A stretch of 64,000 bases of DNA, from positions 124,001 to 188,000 of IMG/VR virus record IMGVR_UViG_3300050821_002957; one strand, given 5' to 3'. The notes beneath the pieces are model-generated. The model did not search any database. It was not told the DNA's origin and saw only the letters and a list, made by a program, of their open reading frames with translations. This document shows, piece after piece, positions 8,931 through 19,405 of the stretch (within the stretch, counting starts at the first letter, position 1; every line of letters starts with the position of its first letter). The translations under genes and the position numbers were made by a program.

Positions 8931-9530
8931 TCATTCCCAATAGTTACGATACTCTGTGCCGTAAACTTCATTTAGCTTCTTGAAGTAGGCATCAGTTTTG
9001 ATCTTCACCTGGAAACCATCACCCTTTGCCACGACGCCTTCCCATACAGGATACACCCCTTTTCGCACATCGTCAATGAACTGCTTGTTGAGGTTGCCTT
9101 CGTAGACTACCTGTGCAGCTTGGGGCATGTCACCGAACGTCTTCAGGAATGTTCTAGGGGCCATGAAACCACGTTTGAACAAGAATGCATCGATCAGACG
9201 AAGTTCCATCAAATCGTTAGGATCATGTTGACCGGCAAAACTGTTGGGGCCGAAAAATTCTGTGAAAACTGTGATGCGTTGGATGCCTCGCTCCAAATGT
9301 TTCACCCGACGCACGATCTCATCGCCCAATGTGTCTTTGAAAATTGGAATTGCTTTGGCATACAACGGATCAGACTCATCGAACAACTGATGCTTGGTGC
9401 CGTACTTATGCCAGCCTTGTTTCGGCGACCATTCCCAACGCAAGTTGCTTCCATCGTACTTGTAAAAAGCAATGCAAGGCTTTCCCAATGGTGCCTTAGC
9501 GCTGCCGTCGATGGAAGGGAACTGTTGCAT
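8931..9530 (-). CDS. RNA ligase (Rnl2-like nucleotidyltransferase domain)
   Basis: Motif I KYDGSN, EFFG, EGVV and KIK. Confidence 0.8.
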   Translation of the reverse strand: MQQFPSIDGSAKAPLGKPCIAFYKYDGSNLRWEWSPKQGWHKYGTKHQLFDESDPLYAKAIPIFKDTLGDEIVRRVKHLERGIQRITVFTEFFGPNSFAGQHDPNDLMELRLIDAFLFKRGFMAPRTFLKTFGDMPQAAQVVYEGNLNKQFIDDVRKGVYPVWEGVVAKGDGFQVKIKTDAYFKKLNEVYGTEYRNYWE

Positions 9531-9713
9531 TATTTTAGTGACTTTAGATATTCCGAAATTCGTGCATCTCTTATGGCTTGATCCTGTTTGAATGCTTTCA
9601 TCTGAGCGTTGAACTTGCGTCGTTCTTCATTTGGCAAAAACCATCCAATTAACAGGCCGACGACAGCCGATCCTGCGAGAAACATCCAAATTTCAGAATT
9701 GGTCATTTATAAG

Positions 9714-9796
9714 TGAGCGGGTGCGGGAGTTGAACCCACATTTCCATCGGTGATCAAACCGGGCTAGGCGTCCTGTCCATTTAGACGAACCCTCTC
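9714..9796 (-). pseudogene. atypical tRNA (Gln/Glu-like D arm, expanded anticodon arm)
   Basis: D arm GUCU AAAUGGACA GGAC and T arm GUGGG UUCAACU CCCGC intact; anticodon region ~24 nt; no CCA. Confidence 0.55.
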
Positions 9797-9805
9797 ATAA
9801 CCTTT

Positions 9806-10189
9806 CTATCCCGTTGCCTTCATCATCAACGGGGCGGTGTCGATCTGCTTCGCACAGGCAGTCGTATAAAGCTGTCGAACGTTGGTCGCCGTAAATTCTT
9901 GATTGAACCGGGTCTTGAATCCATCATGATTTAGAATTCGTGCAATGGTATTGAACGACGAATTCACTTTACGGAGTGACATCATTCGCTCGGTCACTGC
10001 TTCCAAATTGTAATCAGGATTGGTCGGCTTCTTTCCGATGTTCACACCAGCTTCTTTTGAGACATGAGCACTCAATTCGAGAATCAAACCTTCGTGGTTC
10101 TTTTCCTCGAATGCAACGTCTTCTTTAAGATTGGCAATCCGATTTTTGGACTGCCGGATCTTATTCATGATTTCTTTGTACGATGGCAC
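9806..10189 (-). CDS. hypothetical protein with recombinase-type HTH
   Basis: SFNTIARILNHDGFKTR motif. Confidence 0.55.
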   Translation of the reverse strand: MPSYKEIMNKIRQSKNRIANLKEDVAFEEKNHEGLILELSAHVSKEAGVNIGKKPTNPDYNLEAVTERMMSLRKVNSSFNTIARILNHDGFKTRFNQEFTATNVRQLYTTACAKQIDTAPLMMKATG

Positions 10190-10207
10190 TGTTGTTGTCC
10201 TTTCTTT

Positions 10208-10504
10208 TCAGATCAAAAGTTTACAGACTCGGGCCTTGACGAAGCCGGTTGTAATCTCACGTCCGGTGTCGGCACAAATCCTGTTACGAATCAAAAAATC
10301 CAACATGGTTGCGTTTTCGCTCCAGGTCTTTATAATAACTTCATTAGCCTGAATGTCATGTTCGGGCAAGTTTACCGTGGCGCTGGCAACCTGCCCCTCC
10401 GCATCCATCAATACTAACGCCACTCGACCGTTGGCATATTTTTGTTTTTCCAACCACACGTTATAGACATCACTCGGCGTGGTGTACTTGTACATTTGCT
10501 TCAT
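10208..10504 (-). CDS. hypothetical protein (DUF4313-like)
   Basis: YANGRVAL...ATVNLP...IKTWSEN...TGFV pattern. Confidence 0.55.
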   Translation of the reverse strand: MKQMYKYTTPSDVYNVWLEKQKYANGRVALVLMDAEGQVASATVNLPEHDIQANEVIIKTWSENATMLDFLIRNRICADTGREITTGFVKARVCKLLI

Positions 10505-10550
10505 AACGGTAATCGTACCACATCTGAAACAGGATCAACAAACAAAATTT

Positions 10551-10625
10551 TGGGGTGCTATGAGAGGCTCGAACTCTCCCTAACAGGTTCACAGCCTGTT
10601 GTGCTACCGCTACACTAAAAGCACC
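10551..10625 (-). tRNA. tRNA-His(GTG)
   Basis: Loop CTGTGAA, G-1, C73, CCA. Confidence 0.93.
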
Positions 10626-10857
10626 ATAATGGTCAACGTCTGAACAATTTCTGACACTCAACATACCATCGATCAACGACTTTGTTGTTGGGCCAGCCTG
10701 CCGCCTCTAAAACAATTGCGGCTTTCATGTCATCAACGTCAACGAACTTTTCTTCAAGTGATAATCCAAGCTCGACCATTAACTTCTCGAGAACTTGAAC
10801 CTCTTGAACAATCTCACCTTCAAACTCACCGAACAGCATGAATTGTCTCATAAATTT

Positions 10858-10931
10858 TGGCTCCCGGTCAGAGACTCGAACTCCGATTAGAGGCTTCAGA
10901 GGCCCCTGTCCTGCCATTAGACGAACCGGGA
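10858..10931 (-). tRNA. tRNA-Gln(CTG)
   Basis: Loop CTCTGAA, CCA. Confidence 0.93.
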
Positions 10932-10935
10932 ATAA

Positions 10936-11496
10936 CTAAACTCGTTTCACATTGCGACCAGCAAACGTTTCTGTTTGACTGTTGCAATTCGGACATAACA
11001 GCCGAAGATTGTCCAGTCTGTTATCATCCTTCACCCCATTGATATGGTCAAGCACCATCACCAACATTTTTCCGTTCCATTCCGGCTGCTGGCCACAATC
11101 ACTACACTCATTCGCCAGTATACCATCTCGGATCAAACGATTTTTCAAGTGTCCTCGATTGTATGTCGATCCCTCTACCAAAACATTCAACAATGAAACT
11201 GATCGTTCCTCAATATTCGGTACGATTCGACCACACTCAACCGACTTATACCATGATGCCGGATTCATCCCAAATTTGTTAATACACTCCCGAAAAGAAG
11301 CTCCTCTATCAATCTCTTTTTGTACAGCAGTCCAATCATATCGCTGTGCGCCATCACGACCCATAAAGACTATGGACGGATTCTCAGCATGGCGGCGTGC
11401 ATGATAACTAATCGTAGATCGAGCACAACCCAATTCTTTTTCAATCTCTCGATACGAACGTCCTTCTTTCAACAACTGAATAATACGATGCTTCAT
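10936..11496 (-). CDS. HNH homing endonuclease with N-terminal HTH
   Basis: GRSYREIEKELG HTH; LDHINGVKDDNRLDNLRLLCPNCNSQT; CTAAATA-N5-ATG start. Confidence 0.92.
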   Translation of the reverse strand: MKHRIIQLLKEGRSYREIEKELGCARSTISYHARRHAENPSIVFMGRDGAQRYDWTAVQKEIDRGASFRECINKFGMNPASWYKSVECGRIVPNIEERSVSLLNVLVEGSTYNRGHLKNRLIRDGILANECSDCGQQPEWNGKMLVMVLDHINGVKDDNRLDNLRLLCPNCNSQTETFAGRNVKRV

Positions 11497-11574
11497 AATC
11501 CTATTTAGGTAGGATCAAGATTTCACCACATCATCCATACTACTTTGGTTCGACCGCCACTCACATTTTAGTTT

Positions 11575-11808
11575 TCAAGCAAAATACCAAAATAACCAGA
11601 CGGTCAATACAGATGAGAGGGACGAAACAAAAATGGCCATCAACCAACTCATTGGACCGAACAACAAATACAGAAAAATGTATCCAGCGCCGCCGCCCAT
11701 ACTGCCGATGAAGTAAGCCAAAAGCGGAGCCTTCCAACTGACAACTGCTCCACTAGAATTCTCCGTCAACCTGTTAAACAATCTGTACGGCTCACGTTTC
11801 AAAAACAT
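11575..11808 (-). CDS. small membrane protein
   Basis: Two transmembrane-like segments; SD gagg upstream. Confidence 0.55.
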   Translation of the reverse strand: MFLKREPYRLFNRLTENSSGAVVSWKAPLLAYFIGSMGGGAGYIFLYLLFGPMSWLMAIFVSSLSSVLTVWLFWYFA

Positions 11809-11825
11809 GTTTCCTCTTTCAAAAT

Positions 11826-11899
11826 TGGCACCGGGGCGTGGTATCGATCCACGGTCTTGGGTTTCAAAGACCCACGTTCTACCATTGAACTAACCCGGT
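11826..11899 (-). tRNA. tRNA-Gln(TTG)
   Basis: tgggt-CTTTGAA-accca anticodon arm, G73, CCA. Confidence 0.9.
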
Positions 11900-11910
11900 A
11901 TAAACTTTTT

Positions 11911-11984
11911 TGGTAGCCCTGGAGAGAATCGAACTCTCGTTCTCTGACTGAGAATCAGGTGTCCTCCCACTAGACGACAAGGCC
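11911..11984 (-). tRNA. tRNA-Glu(CTC)
   Basis: Loop TTCTCAG, CCA. Confidence 0.92.
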
Positions 11985-12214
11985 ACAACAAACCTAACCG
12001 AACGTTTCTTTCAACGTTGCTTTGGGATTTATAAACCCACTCATGAGACATACCAAACCATTCGAGCCGCCGACTGCAAGTAGCTCTTGGCTTTGTCTCC
12101 AGGGATTACCATCTTCATCCCGACTGGTTTCTACACTCACAAAAATCTTTTCGCCGGAATCATACTTCTCCAACAATTTCCGTAGATCCCCGACTGTCTC
12201 AACCTTTTCTGCCT

Positions 12215-12817
12215 TCATACCGATAAGCCTCGAAACGTCAAACTCACACGAGGACCACAATTCTGAATCGAACTCTTCGGAATTCGATGAAAATGTGTAT
12301 CCTGCATCCCGGCTTCCATCAGACACAAACTACCAGAGTCAAGCCACAACTTCGTGACATTGGTAGTATCTGGTTTCACCGTAGTCAATGTCGTCTCTCC
12401 CATCGCCGTAGTCTTAATCGCTGGTGCAAAATAAATCTCTCGTCTCGCACCCAACGACACAATCGCAATAGGACGCTCGTCATCCATTTCAGGAGAGTCG
12501 TCGGCGTGCCAGCCTAACTGGTCGCTTCCATCACGATAGCCGTTGAGGAAACACACTTCAAAACGGCATCCTGCAATCTTCTCTGCACCCTCTCGAATCG
12601 CCGTAATGACCGGATGCCACGGCTGCGCCTCATAAGTCCGCACGCCAGCACCACGCCCATACGTATACGGCAGGCCCGAATCGTTGCAATAATACTCCGA
12701 CCGAGGCGTCTGATCACGTCGCACCCAGGCCAACTCTTTCCATAGAGTTTCAAACACAGTCGCCGAATCAGCAACGAATTCCTGCACGTATTTTATCGGT
12801 ACGCCGTTCATGATCAT
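12215..12817 (-). CDS. AlkB-family 2OG-Fe(II) dioxygenase
   Basis: NGYRDGSDQLGWHADD, IVSLGA, HRIPK and RVSLTFR motifs. Confidence 0.93.
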   Translation of the reverse strand: MIMNGVPIKYVQEFVADSATVFETLWKELAWVRRDQTPRSEYYCNDSGLPYTYGRGAGVRTYEAQPWHPVITAIREGAEKIAGCRFEVCFLNGYRDGSDQLGWHADDSPEMDDERPIAIVSLGARREIYFAPAIKTTAMGETTLTTVKPDTTNVTKLWLDSGSLCLMEAGMQDTHFHRIPKSSIQNCGPRVSLTFRGLSV

Positions 12818-13008
12818 CCTTTCCGAATTGCAATAATCTTGTCCAAAGTTGCTCGATTAAGCTGGACAGTGATTCTCCGATCCAACAAATTCTCTGGACC
12901 CTCATTCACCTTACACCGAAGCTCAATCGTGCTGCCATCCATCGTGACAGCAACCATCTCTACTACGACCGCACGAACAGGAATCATACAAATCCTTTCG
13001 CAAAAATT

Positions 13009-13083
13009 TGGTAGCGATACGGGGAATCGAACCCCGATTCTGAGAGTGAAAATCTCATGTCCTAACCGTTAGACGATATCGCC
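13009..13083 (-). tRNA. tRNA-Glu(TTC)
   Basis: tgaga-TTTTCAC-tctca anticodon arm, CCA. Confidence 0.95.
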
Positions 13084-13127
13084 ACAATTCAGGTGAGCGG
13101 CCCAATTACCGCCCACCAAACCCTTTA

Positions 13128-14426
13128 CTACTGTGCCTGACCCTGATAGCTGGCCGCATCAATCGCAGCCGCCGCAATCTCTTCAGACGACTTTCTCAGT
13201 GTCTTCTTTACCTTCACCGGAGCCATATCTTCCGGCAATCGAAACGCAATGCCCTTGGCGATTTGCGGCAAACCATCGTGGCTGAAGCCCTGATACTTCA
13301 CCGTCAACTGCTGACCGAGATACTTATCGGCTTCCAAGAACAACTCAGCACGGTCGGCCAACGTTCCATTCGGCACAACAAAGAACACACCCGGAACATC
13401 ATCACGATAGGCCGTCTTCATCAAGTTGCCGGTTTTTTCTTTACCTTCCAGGCTGAACCCAGGAACCACACACTGCCAAATCACACAACCGGCATGACCA
13501 CCTTCGGCCTGCTTGAAACCAACAACCTCGAACTCGGCATCTTCAAAGAGCTTGATCTTCAACAAATTCTTCGAGCGCACACCGGACTCATACTTGCCAT
13601 GCTTATTCCGCAACATCGAACCTTCAAATTTACTCTCGATGCATTTCTCTTGAAAAGCCAGCACTTGCTCTTCGTTTTCCACTTCCAACGTCAAAACCTT
13701 CACCAGATGCGGCGTACCAGGATCAGCCGTCATCCAATCGCCCGGAACCAACGCAACCAAATCGGCGATGCGCTGTTCCTGAATGCGATCTTCTTCACCT
13801 TCGCACATTGGAACGTCATAAATGTGAAATTCCAATTTCTTCGACTCAGGATAATTGTTCGACAACCACTTCTGAATCGTCTGCCGCTTTACACCGTGAA
13901 AATACATCTCGCCGTCAAACATGGCGTCACGAGGCATCACCTTTTCCAACTGCGCCTTGATGTGCGGAGCCTGCCATTCCTTGCCGCCACGAGTCATTAA
14001 GACGATCCGGTCGCCGTCCCAATACGCTAGACACCGGGCACCATCCAACTTCGGCTGCACGAACGCCGGATACTTCGCATAACGATTCGTGCTCTTTGCT
14101 GGCCCACGTTCTTTATCAATGAACTTTTCGTTCGGAGCCAACATCACTTCGATCTTCCGGGTCACGCCGACGTTTTCGACGCCGACCACGTACTTGTGCT
14201 CAACCTTGTGCTTCCATTCGGCGACGGCTTCATTTTCAGCCTGAATTTCCGGGGTAGTTGCATTCGCTTTTCCCACGTTCTTGGCTTCACATGCCCGTCG
14301 ATGGGTGATCAGCTTGCCACCGACCTGTCCAGCTTCGATTACAATCTCATTGCCTTCGGTCCAAATTCGCCACTGAAGCAAAGCTCCAGTCGAACTCTTT
14401 CGATAAAGTGTTGGTAAAGTGTCCAT
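13128..14426 (-). CDS. ATP-dependent DNA ligase
   Basis: QPKLDGARC, FDGEMY, EGSMLR, LLKIK and LTVKYQ motifs; start at MDTLPTL after a TATAAT promoter. Confidence 0.93.
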   Translation of the reverse strand: MDTLPTLYRKSSTGALLQWRIWTEGNEIVIEAGQVGGKLITHRRACEAKNVGKANATTPEIQAENEAVAEWKHKVEHKYVVGVENVGVTRKIEVMLAPNEKFIDKERGPAKSTNRYAKYPAFVQPKLDGARCLAYWDGDRIVLMTRGGKEWQAPHIKAQLEKVMPRDAMFDGEMYFHGVKRQTIQKWLSNNYPESKKLEFHIYDVPMCEGEEDRIQEQRIADLVALVPGDWMTADPGTPHLVKVLTLEVENEEQVLAFQEKCIESKFEGSMLRNKHGKYESGVRSKNLLKIKLFEDAEFEVVGFKQAEGGHAGCVIWQCVVPGFSLEGKEKTGNLMKTAYRDDVPGVFFVVPNGTLADRAELFLEADKYLGQQLTVKYQGFSHDGLPQIAKGIAFRLPEDMAPVKVKKTLRKSSEEIAAAAIDAASYQGQAQ

Positions 14427-14516
14427 GCTGAAAATTATACCACACGCAGACAAAAAGATGCAACTACTTGCGAACGTTTATTTTAGGGGAACCGAGAATC
14501 AGGACGATTTCGGCGG

Positions 14517-14600
14517 TTACTGATGTCGATGAACCTGCACACCAGTCCCCACACGTTCTTGCTGTTGCTCGTGTTGGTGTTGATGTGTCATGTTCTTCAC
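14517..14600 (-). promoter_or_regulatory. His/Gln/Glu-rich leader mini-ORF (MKN)MTHQHQHEQQQERVGTGVQVHRHQ*
   Basis: TATAAATA (14606-14613) 5 nt before GTG; hairpin after the stop; upstream of Glu, Glu, Gln, Gln, His tRNAs. Confidence 0.65.
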
Positions 14601-15525
14601 GTTTTTATTTATACAGACAAACAAATTTGGTGGAAGGTCTCTCAGCCATATGGGTGGTATACGTGCCTTCCACCATCCATATCGCACCCTGGTCGTCAAA
14701 GAACCTTCCAGGATCACAGGGTTAATTAGTGTTCCAAAAAGCCTTACAGCCAACCCTGTATCTTTTATACCACTTCTTTTTCAGGATGTCAAGCACCAAC
14801 CAAAAAAGATTTTATATCTGGGTTTTGGATTGTTTAGCGGCTTGATGCTGCCATCTGTGTTGATCTTGATTATGCGTTCGGTGTCTGCCATTATGTTCCT
14901 TTTTTGACGCATCCACATTTTCTCCAATGTAGATGTCCATTACCATGTAGACACTTCACGCAACCGCACGAAGGACGCTGCCAAAGCTCATTGCCATGAA
15001 TGCATTTTACAGGCATCGGCGTCGGAAGTGCCTTGAAATGAAAAAATTTTCTGAAACGATCACGCATCGCCACAGTTCGAGGATCACCCAGGTCAATTTT
15101 ATTCAGATAATCAGCCATCAAAAGTGCAAAGGGCATTATTCCTCCGCTTGTGGACCCAGAAGAGCTTCGATCACAGCCGGATCATTGGTTGTGCTGATAA
15201 TCATATCGGGAATCTGACAACCACTTCCATCGTCATCTCGTGCATCAGGTTTGAAAACGAGAACAGCAGTGAGTCCATTTTGACCTGCTTCTTTGATCAG
15301 ATCGAGATATTCTTGATATGAGGTCATCCATGATCGTAATTATACAACAGGGATGAAAATAAATCCAGGCTCTTGATTAGTTATTTGTTGGTAGACGATC
15401 AGTGCTTCGTTTGGTGTCAAGGAGTCATCAACGTAAACGATAGGGCAAATTTCTTTGGCTTTCACAACATCATCAGAATGACAGATGATGTATTTAACGA
15501 GTGAAGGTGAGGCATTCATAAATTG

Positions 15526-15599
15526 TGGAGCCGGGGCCGAGAATCGAACTCGGGGCTGATCATTACAAGTGAACTGCTTTACCACTAAGCGAACCCGGC
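15526..15599 (-). tRNA. tRNA-Thr(TGT)
   Basis: Loop CTTGTAA, CCA. Confidence 0.93.
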
Positions 15600-15822
15600 G
15601 TATTAGTCCTCAAATTCTACCGTACCATCATCGACATCACTGACAGCCATCGTAACCTGAACGAGCCGATCATTTTCATACCAACGAAGCGTAACAAGAG
15701 AACCTTGAATGGTTACGCCTACGCCGGTCGAAACGAGCTTCTTCCGCATCGCTTCAATAATATCATTAGCGACTGGCTCAACGAATTTTGTTTTTCCTAC
15801 CCACATAAAGCACTTCAAAAAT

Positions 15823-15900
15823 TGGCGGGGTGTGTGGGGCACGATCCCACCATCTCCAACGTGACAGGCTGGCGTCTTAGACCATCTCGACCTACACCCC
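15823..15900 (-). tRNA. tRNA-Asp(GTC)
   Basis: Loop CTGTCAC, G73, CCA. Confidence 0.9.
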
Positions 15901-15980
15901 GTTTACGAACAAAATCAAAACTGCTACAACTAATCCAGCAATAATGCGAACCAAGGATCATTTTCTGGCATTTGAAAATT

Positions 15981-16055
15981 TGGCGGGGCGTAGGAGAATC
16001 GAACTCCCATTTTCTGATAGACAGTCAGATATCGTAGCCGTTGGAACAACGCCCC
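15981..16055 (-). tRNA. tRNA-Asp(GTC), second divergent copy
   Basis: tctga-CTGTCTA-tcaga anticodon arm (unusual U37), CCA. Confidence 0.85.
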
Positions 16056-16062
16056 GTAAGTG

Positions 16063-16115
16063 TGCCGGGACGATTTCTCTCCCGGCAGTTAATCTGATGT
16101 CTGTGTTCGTGTCAT
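16063..16115 (-). promoter_or_regulatory. leader mini-ORF MTRTQTSD* (16089-16115) plus 8-bp hairpin (16063-16087)
   Basis: TATAATA-N4-ATG; three ACA codons and a GAT; directly upstream of the Asp, Asp, Thr(TGT) tRNAs. Confidence 0.6.
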
Positions 16116-16353
16116 ACTGTATTATATAGTCTCACACATTTTCCGATCTGTCAACTCTCATCTAACAATTCCAACAAGGTTAGCGCCAAACCAATCGGAC
16201 CCAAAAGAAAAACCACAATGCTCGCACCGATTTGAAATGGCACACTGTAGATGCTCTCAAGATCTGTAAAAGCAAATTTCCGGCCTTCACGACGAGCGAT
16301 CAACCACATGACCACGAAAGTCATACCACCACATGAGAACCACAAGAACCAAT

Positions 16354-16608
16354 TCACAGTTTCGTCTCCGTAATTTCAACCTTGAAAACACCAAGAACTT
16401 CTTCGATGAATCCGCCGTAATAACCCAGGTCTTCGACGATTTGTGCGCCACGATCACCTTCAGTGGACATTGCTTTCTCAATCTTTGCTAATAACTGAAA
16501 GGCTTCTTCCGGCGTATTGAATATTCGGATTTCGTTTTCCCAGCCGTTGTCCATGCGACCGGAATTGTAATGATACAGACGGAACCGAACTTCATACTTG
16601 GTAATCAT
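16354..16608 (-). CDS. hypothetical protein
   Basis: 84-aa ORF. Confidence 0.5.
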   Translation of the reverse strand: MITKYEVRFRLYHYNSGRMDNGWENEIRIFNTPEEAFQLLAKIEKAMSTEGDRGAQIVEDLGYYGGFIEEVLGVFKVEITETKL

Positions 16609-16851
16609 AAGCTATTCAAAATCGGTCGGACATAATTCTTCGTGTGTATCGGCAGCAAGAAAAACCTTGCCGTGAAAGCGATCTCCGACTTTCACTGGAA
16701 GCGGAATCTTCTCAATCAAAATGGCACACCGGCTCGACCATGCAGGAATCACACCAGACTCCATCTTCTGATATAGCAATTACCCGAAAAAGCGTCCGAA
16801 AGAATCGTTCGGGAGGCGGCTGTTCTCGACCGTAATCAAAAATGCTCTTCA

Positions 16852-17691
16852 TCATCGGTTCTCGAATCTGTCTTCAATTTCACGGACCAAATCAATGAAT
16901 CCCGGCATTCTCTTCACATCTGGGTGCCACATGAAACCCAATTCGATCATGTCCAATGTATCGACAATACGTGCGCCAGGAATCTCATTACCGGCTACGT
17001 CACGTTCACGATCCATAATCCATACCGTATCTGCAATCGCCAAAGCCGAAGGAATGTCATGCGTCACCATAATGATCGTATTTAAATCATCCTGGTTCGC
17101 AACTTCCTGAACGAGCTTCGCCACTCGATTCTTGTTCTTTACATCCAATCCGGCAGTTGGCTCATCCATCAACAAAAAATGTTCTGAGCACAAAAGTTGC
17201 TGGGCAATGGCGACTCGCTGTCTCTGACCACCAGAAAGTTGCGCCGGATATAATTCAGCCTTATTGACCAAATCAAAACGGTTCAGCATCTCCATGCATT
17301 TTTCGTAACCATTCTTTTCGTTGCATCCGGTCTGCTTCACCGAAACCATCAGATTGCTCATGACGGTACGGTTACGATACAGATAATACTGCTGAGAAAC
17401 CATTCCGACGAGGCCAGGAGCGACCGGAGTACGACCATGCCCCAAGTATACATTGCCTGTCGTCGGCTTCTGAAGCCCCGCCAGAATGCGAAGAAACTGG
17501 GTTTTACCGATGCCTGATGGTCCGAGGAAAGCGATAATCTGCCCGGTCACGTCATTGGCAAGCTCAGGCCGGATCAAGTTGTCGATTTTAACGTTGATGT
17601 CTCGAAGAATTAAATTCGATCCATACGACAACGAAACATTCTCGACGGAGAGAAGCGTTTCTGTTCTTGCATATGACATGACGGCACCCAT
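16852..17691 (-). CDS. ABC transporter ATP-binding protein (NitT/TauT type)
   Basis: Walker A GPSGIGKT, signature LSGGQRQR, LLMDEP, VTHD. Confidence 0.95.
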   Translation of the reverse strand: MGAVMSYARTETLLSVENVSLSYGSNLILRDINVKIDNLIRPELANDVTGQIIAFLGPSGIGKTQFLRILAGLQKPTTGNVYLGHGRTPVAPGLVGMVSQQYYLYRNRTVMSNLMVSVKQTGCNEKNGYEKCMEMLNRFDLVNKAELYPAQLSGGQRQRVAIAQQLLCSEHFLLMDEPTAGLDVKNKNRVAKLVQEVANQDDLNTIIMVTHDIPSALAIADTVWIMDRERDVAGNEIPGARIVDTLDMIELGFMWHPDVKRMPGFIDLVREIEDRFENR

Positions 17692-18544
17692 TAAAAGTGG
17701 TTTCCCCAGCGGATGTCTTGCATAACCTTGATAGCTGCTTCGACACCAGCGTGTTTTGTAACCGCCTGAGCTACATCGTCGATCAAGCCACCGATACTAT
17801 GAGCATTTTCGGACTCCGCACGCTCATTCAAGTCTCGGACAATTTTTGCGAGCTTTGTTTCTGGTTTCATTTTCATCCTCCAAAAGTTTCTGTGTACAAC
17901 TGACGAATCTCCATCAAAGTAGTCTGGCGAGAATCCCAATAAGCCAAATTAAAACAAAATTCCTTTTCCAAATTTTGCTTACACTCCAATATCAGAGCAT
18001 CAAGCGTATTCCGAAATAGCACTTTTGGATCTGGTAGGCTCACTGTCTTCTTTTGCCCTCTACAAATTTCCTCGCCGCATTCGGAACCCTTCCAAGTTGC
18101 ATTGACGGTTGATCGGCGCTTTACCGTATGCCCACAATCCAAATACAAAGTCCAGTTACAATATCCACTATACCCTGGTCGCTGCACTTCAGGAAAATCA
18201 GGAACCGCCCGGACAACTTTCCGATACCGGCCCTTGGTTCTCATTTCTTTTTCTTTCCTGGCACAATGATATCTTTCAAAGGAATCCAGATCGAATAGCT
18301 ATCAAATTGAACTTCGATAACTTCTTGTCCAAGAGTCCGTACCGTTCCTTTGACAAGAAGTTTACTCCCAGGTCGGCCCTCTTTCAATTGCGAAAGTTCC
18401 CGTTTGGTCATTTCTTTTTCGCCTTTTCTGCTTCATGATATTGTATCGCTTCAGCCACCACTTCTTCGACATCTGCTACCTTCATACCACAGCCAAGAAG
18501 TTCTGTGACCAAATCCCAAAGACGATCTGATGGAGAAATTATGG

Positions 18545-19405
18545 TCATGAGCGTTCCATTCCTAGGCTGGCGTAAGGACATGCTAGTTTCTTGATGTACT
18601 TGATTACCGCATCCTGAAAGAATCCAATGAGCATGATGACAAAGAGAGCACAGAAAACCCGGTCGAGCTTGAGGTACTTGTTCTCAATCTCCATCATCGC
18701 ACCAATTCCACCTTCATCACGGAAACGACCTTCGACCATCGGAAGCATCATCCATCCCATCGCCACATTGACTGCTATGATGTCGATGACTTGATCCATC
18801 GTTCCCAAAACAACAACTTCCCAGACCACTCGCCATTCACTCATACGAAGTGTCCGACTGTGATCAAACAAATCTTTCGGAATATTTTCAATCATTTTAG
18901 TCAGACTCAAAACTGTGAAGACACCCATTCCAAAAACTAAGAGCGCAACTTTCACGTCGGCATGACTATGAAAAACAGACATGAACACAATCGGCAGTCC
19001 GACAAATCCATTAAAACGACCCAGGCTTACAATTTTCGCCAATGCTGCCCCGGCTGGCGTCACACTCAAAATTGAAAGTGGATACGAAATCGAGAACATG
19101 ATAGCGATTGATGTAAGATTCAGTTGCATCGAGTCCCACAGTCGAATCCCCATACCTTCTTGGAACCACAAAACCGGGAACGCCTGAATCACTTCCATTG
19201 GAGAAGGAAGATACTTGGCTCCAAATGAAATCCAAGCAAAAACCATCATGCCGATCCAAGCACAGATCAAGAGAATTTCAGTTGATTGATTTCTGACGCT
19301 ATTTGGGGAGATCCAATGCATCACCTTCAGCTTACGCTTGACCGGCGTCTTTGGCGTCATGACTACGACAGTTGTGTTCACGGCATCCTTCTTTACTGAA
19401 AGCAT
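18545..19405 (-). CDS. ABC transporter permease (SsuC/TauC-like)
   Basis: Multiple TM segments, YLPSP motif, EAA-like loop (DLFDHSRTLRMS). Confidence 0.85.
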   Translation of the reverse strand: MLSVKKDAVNTTVVVMTPKTPVKRKLKVMHWISPNSVRNQSTEILLICAWIGMMVFAWISFGAKYLPSPMEVIQAFPVLWFQEGMGIRLWDSMQLNLTSIAIMFSISYPLSILSVTPAGAALAKIVSLGRFNGFVGLPIVFMSVFHSHADVKVALLVFGMGVFTVLSLTKMIENIPKDLFDHSRTLRMSEWRVVWEVVVLGTMDQVIDIIAVNVAMGWMMLPMVEGRFRDEGGIGAMMEIENKYLKLDRVFCALFVIMLIGFFQDAVIKYIKKLACPYASLGMERS

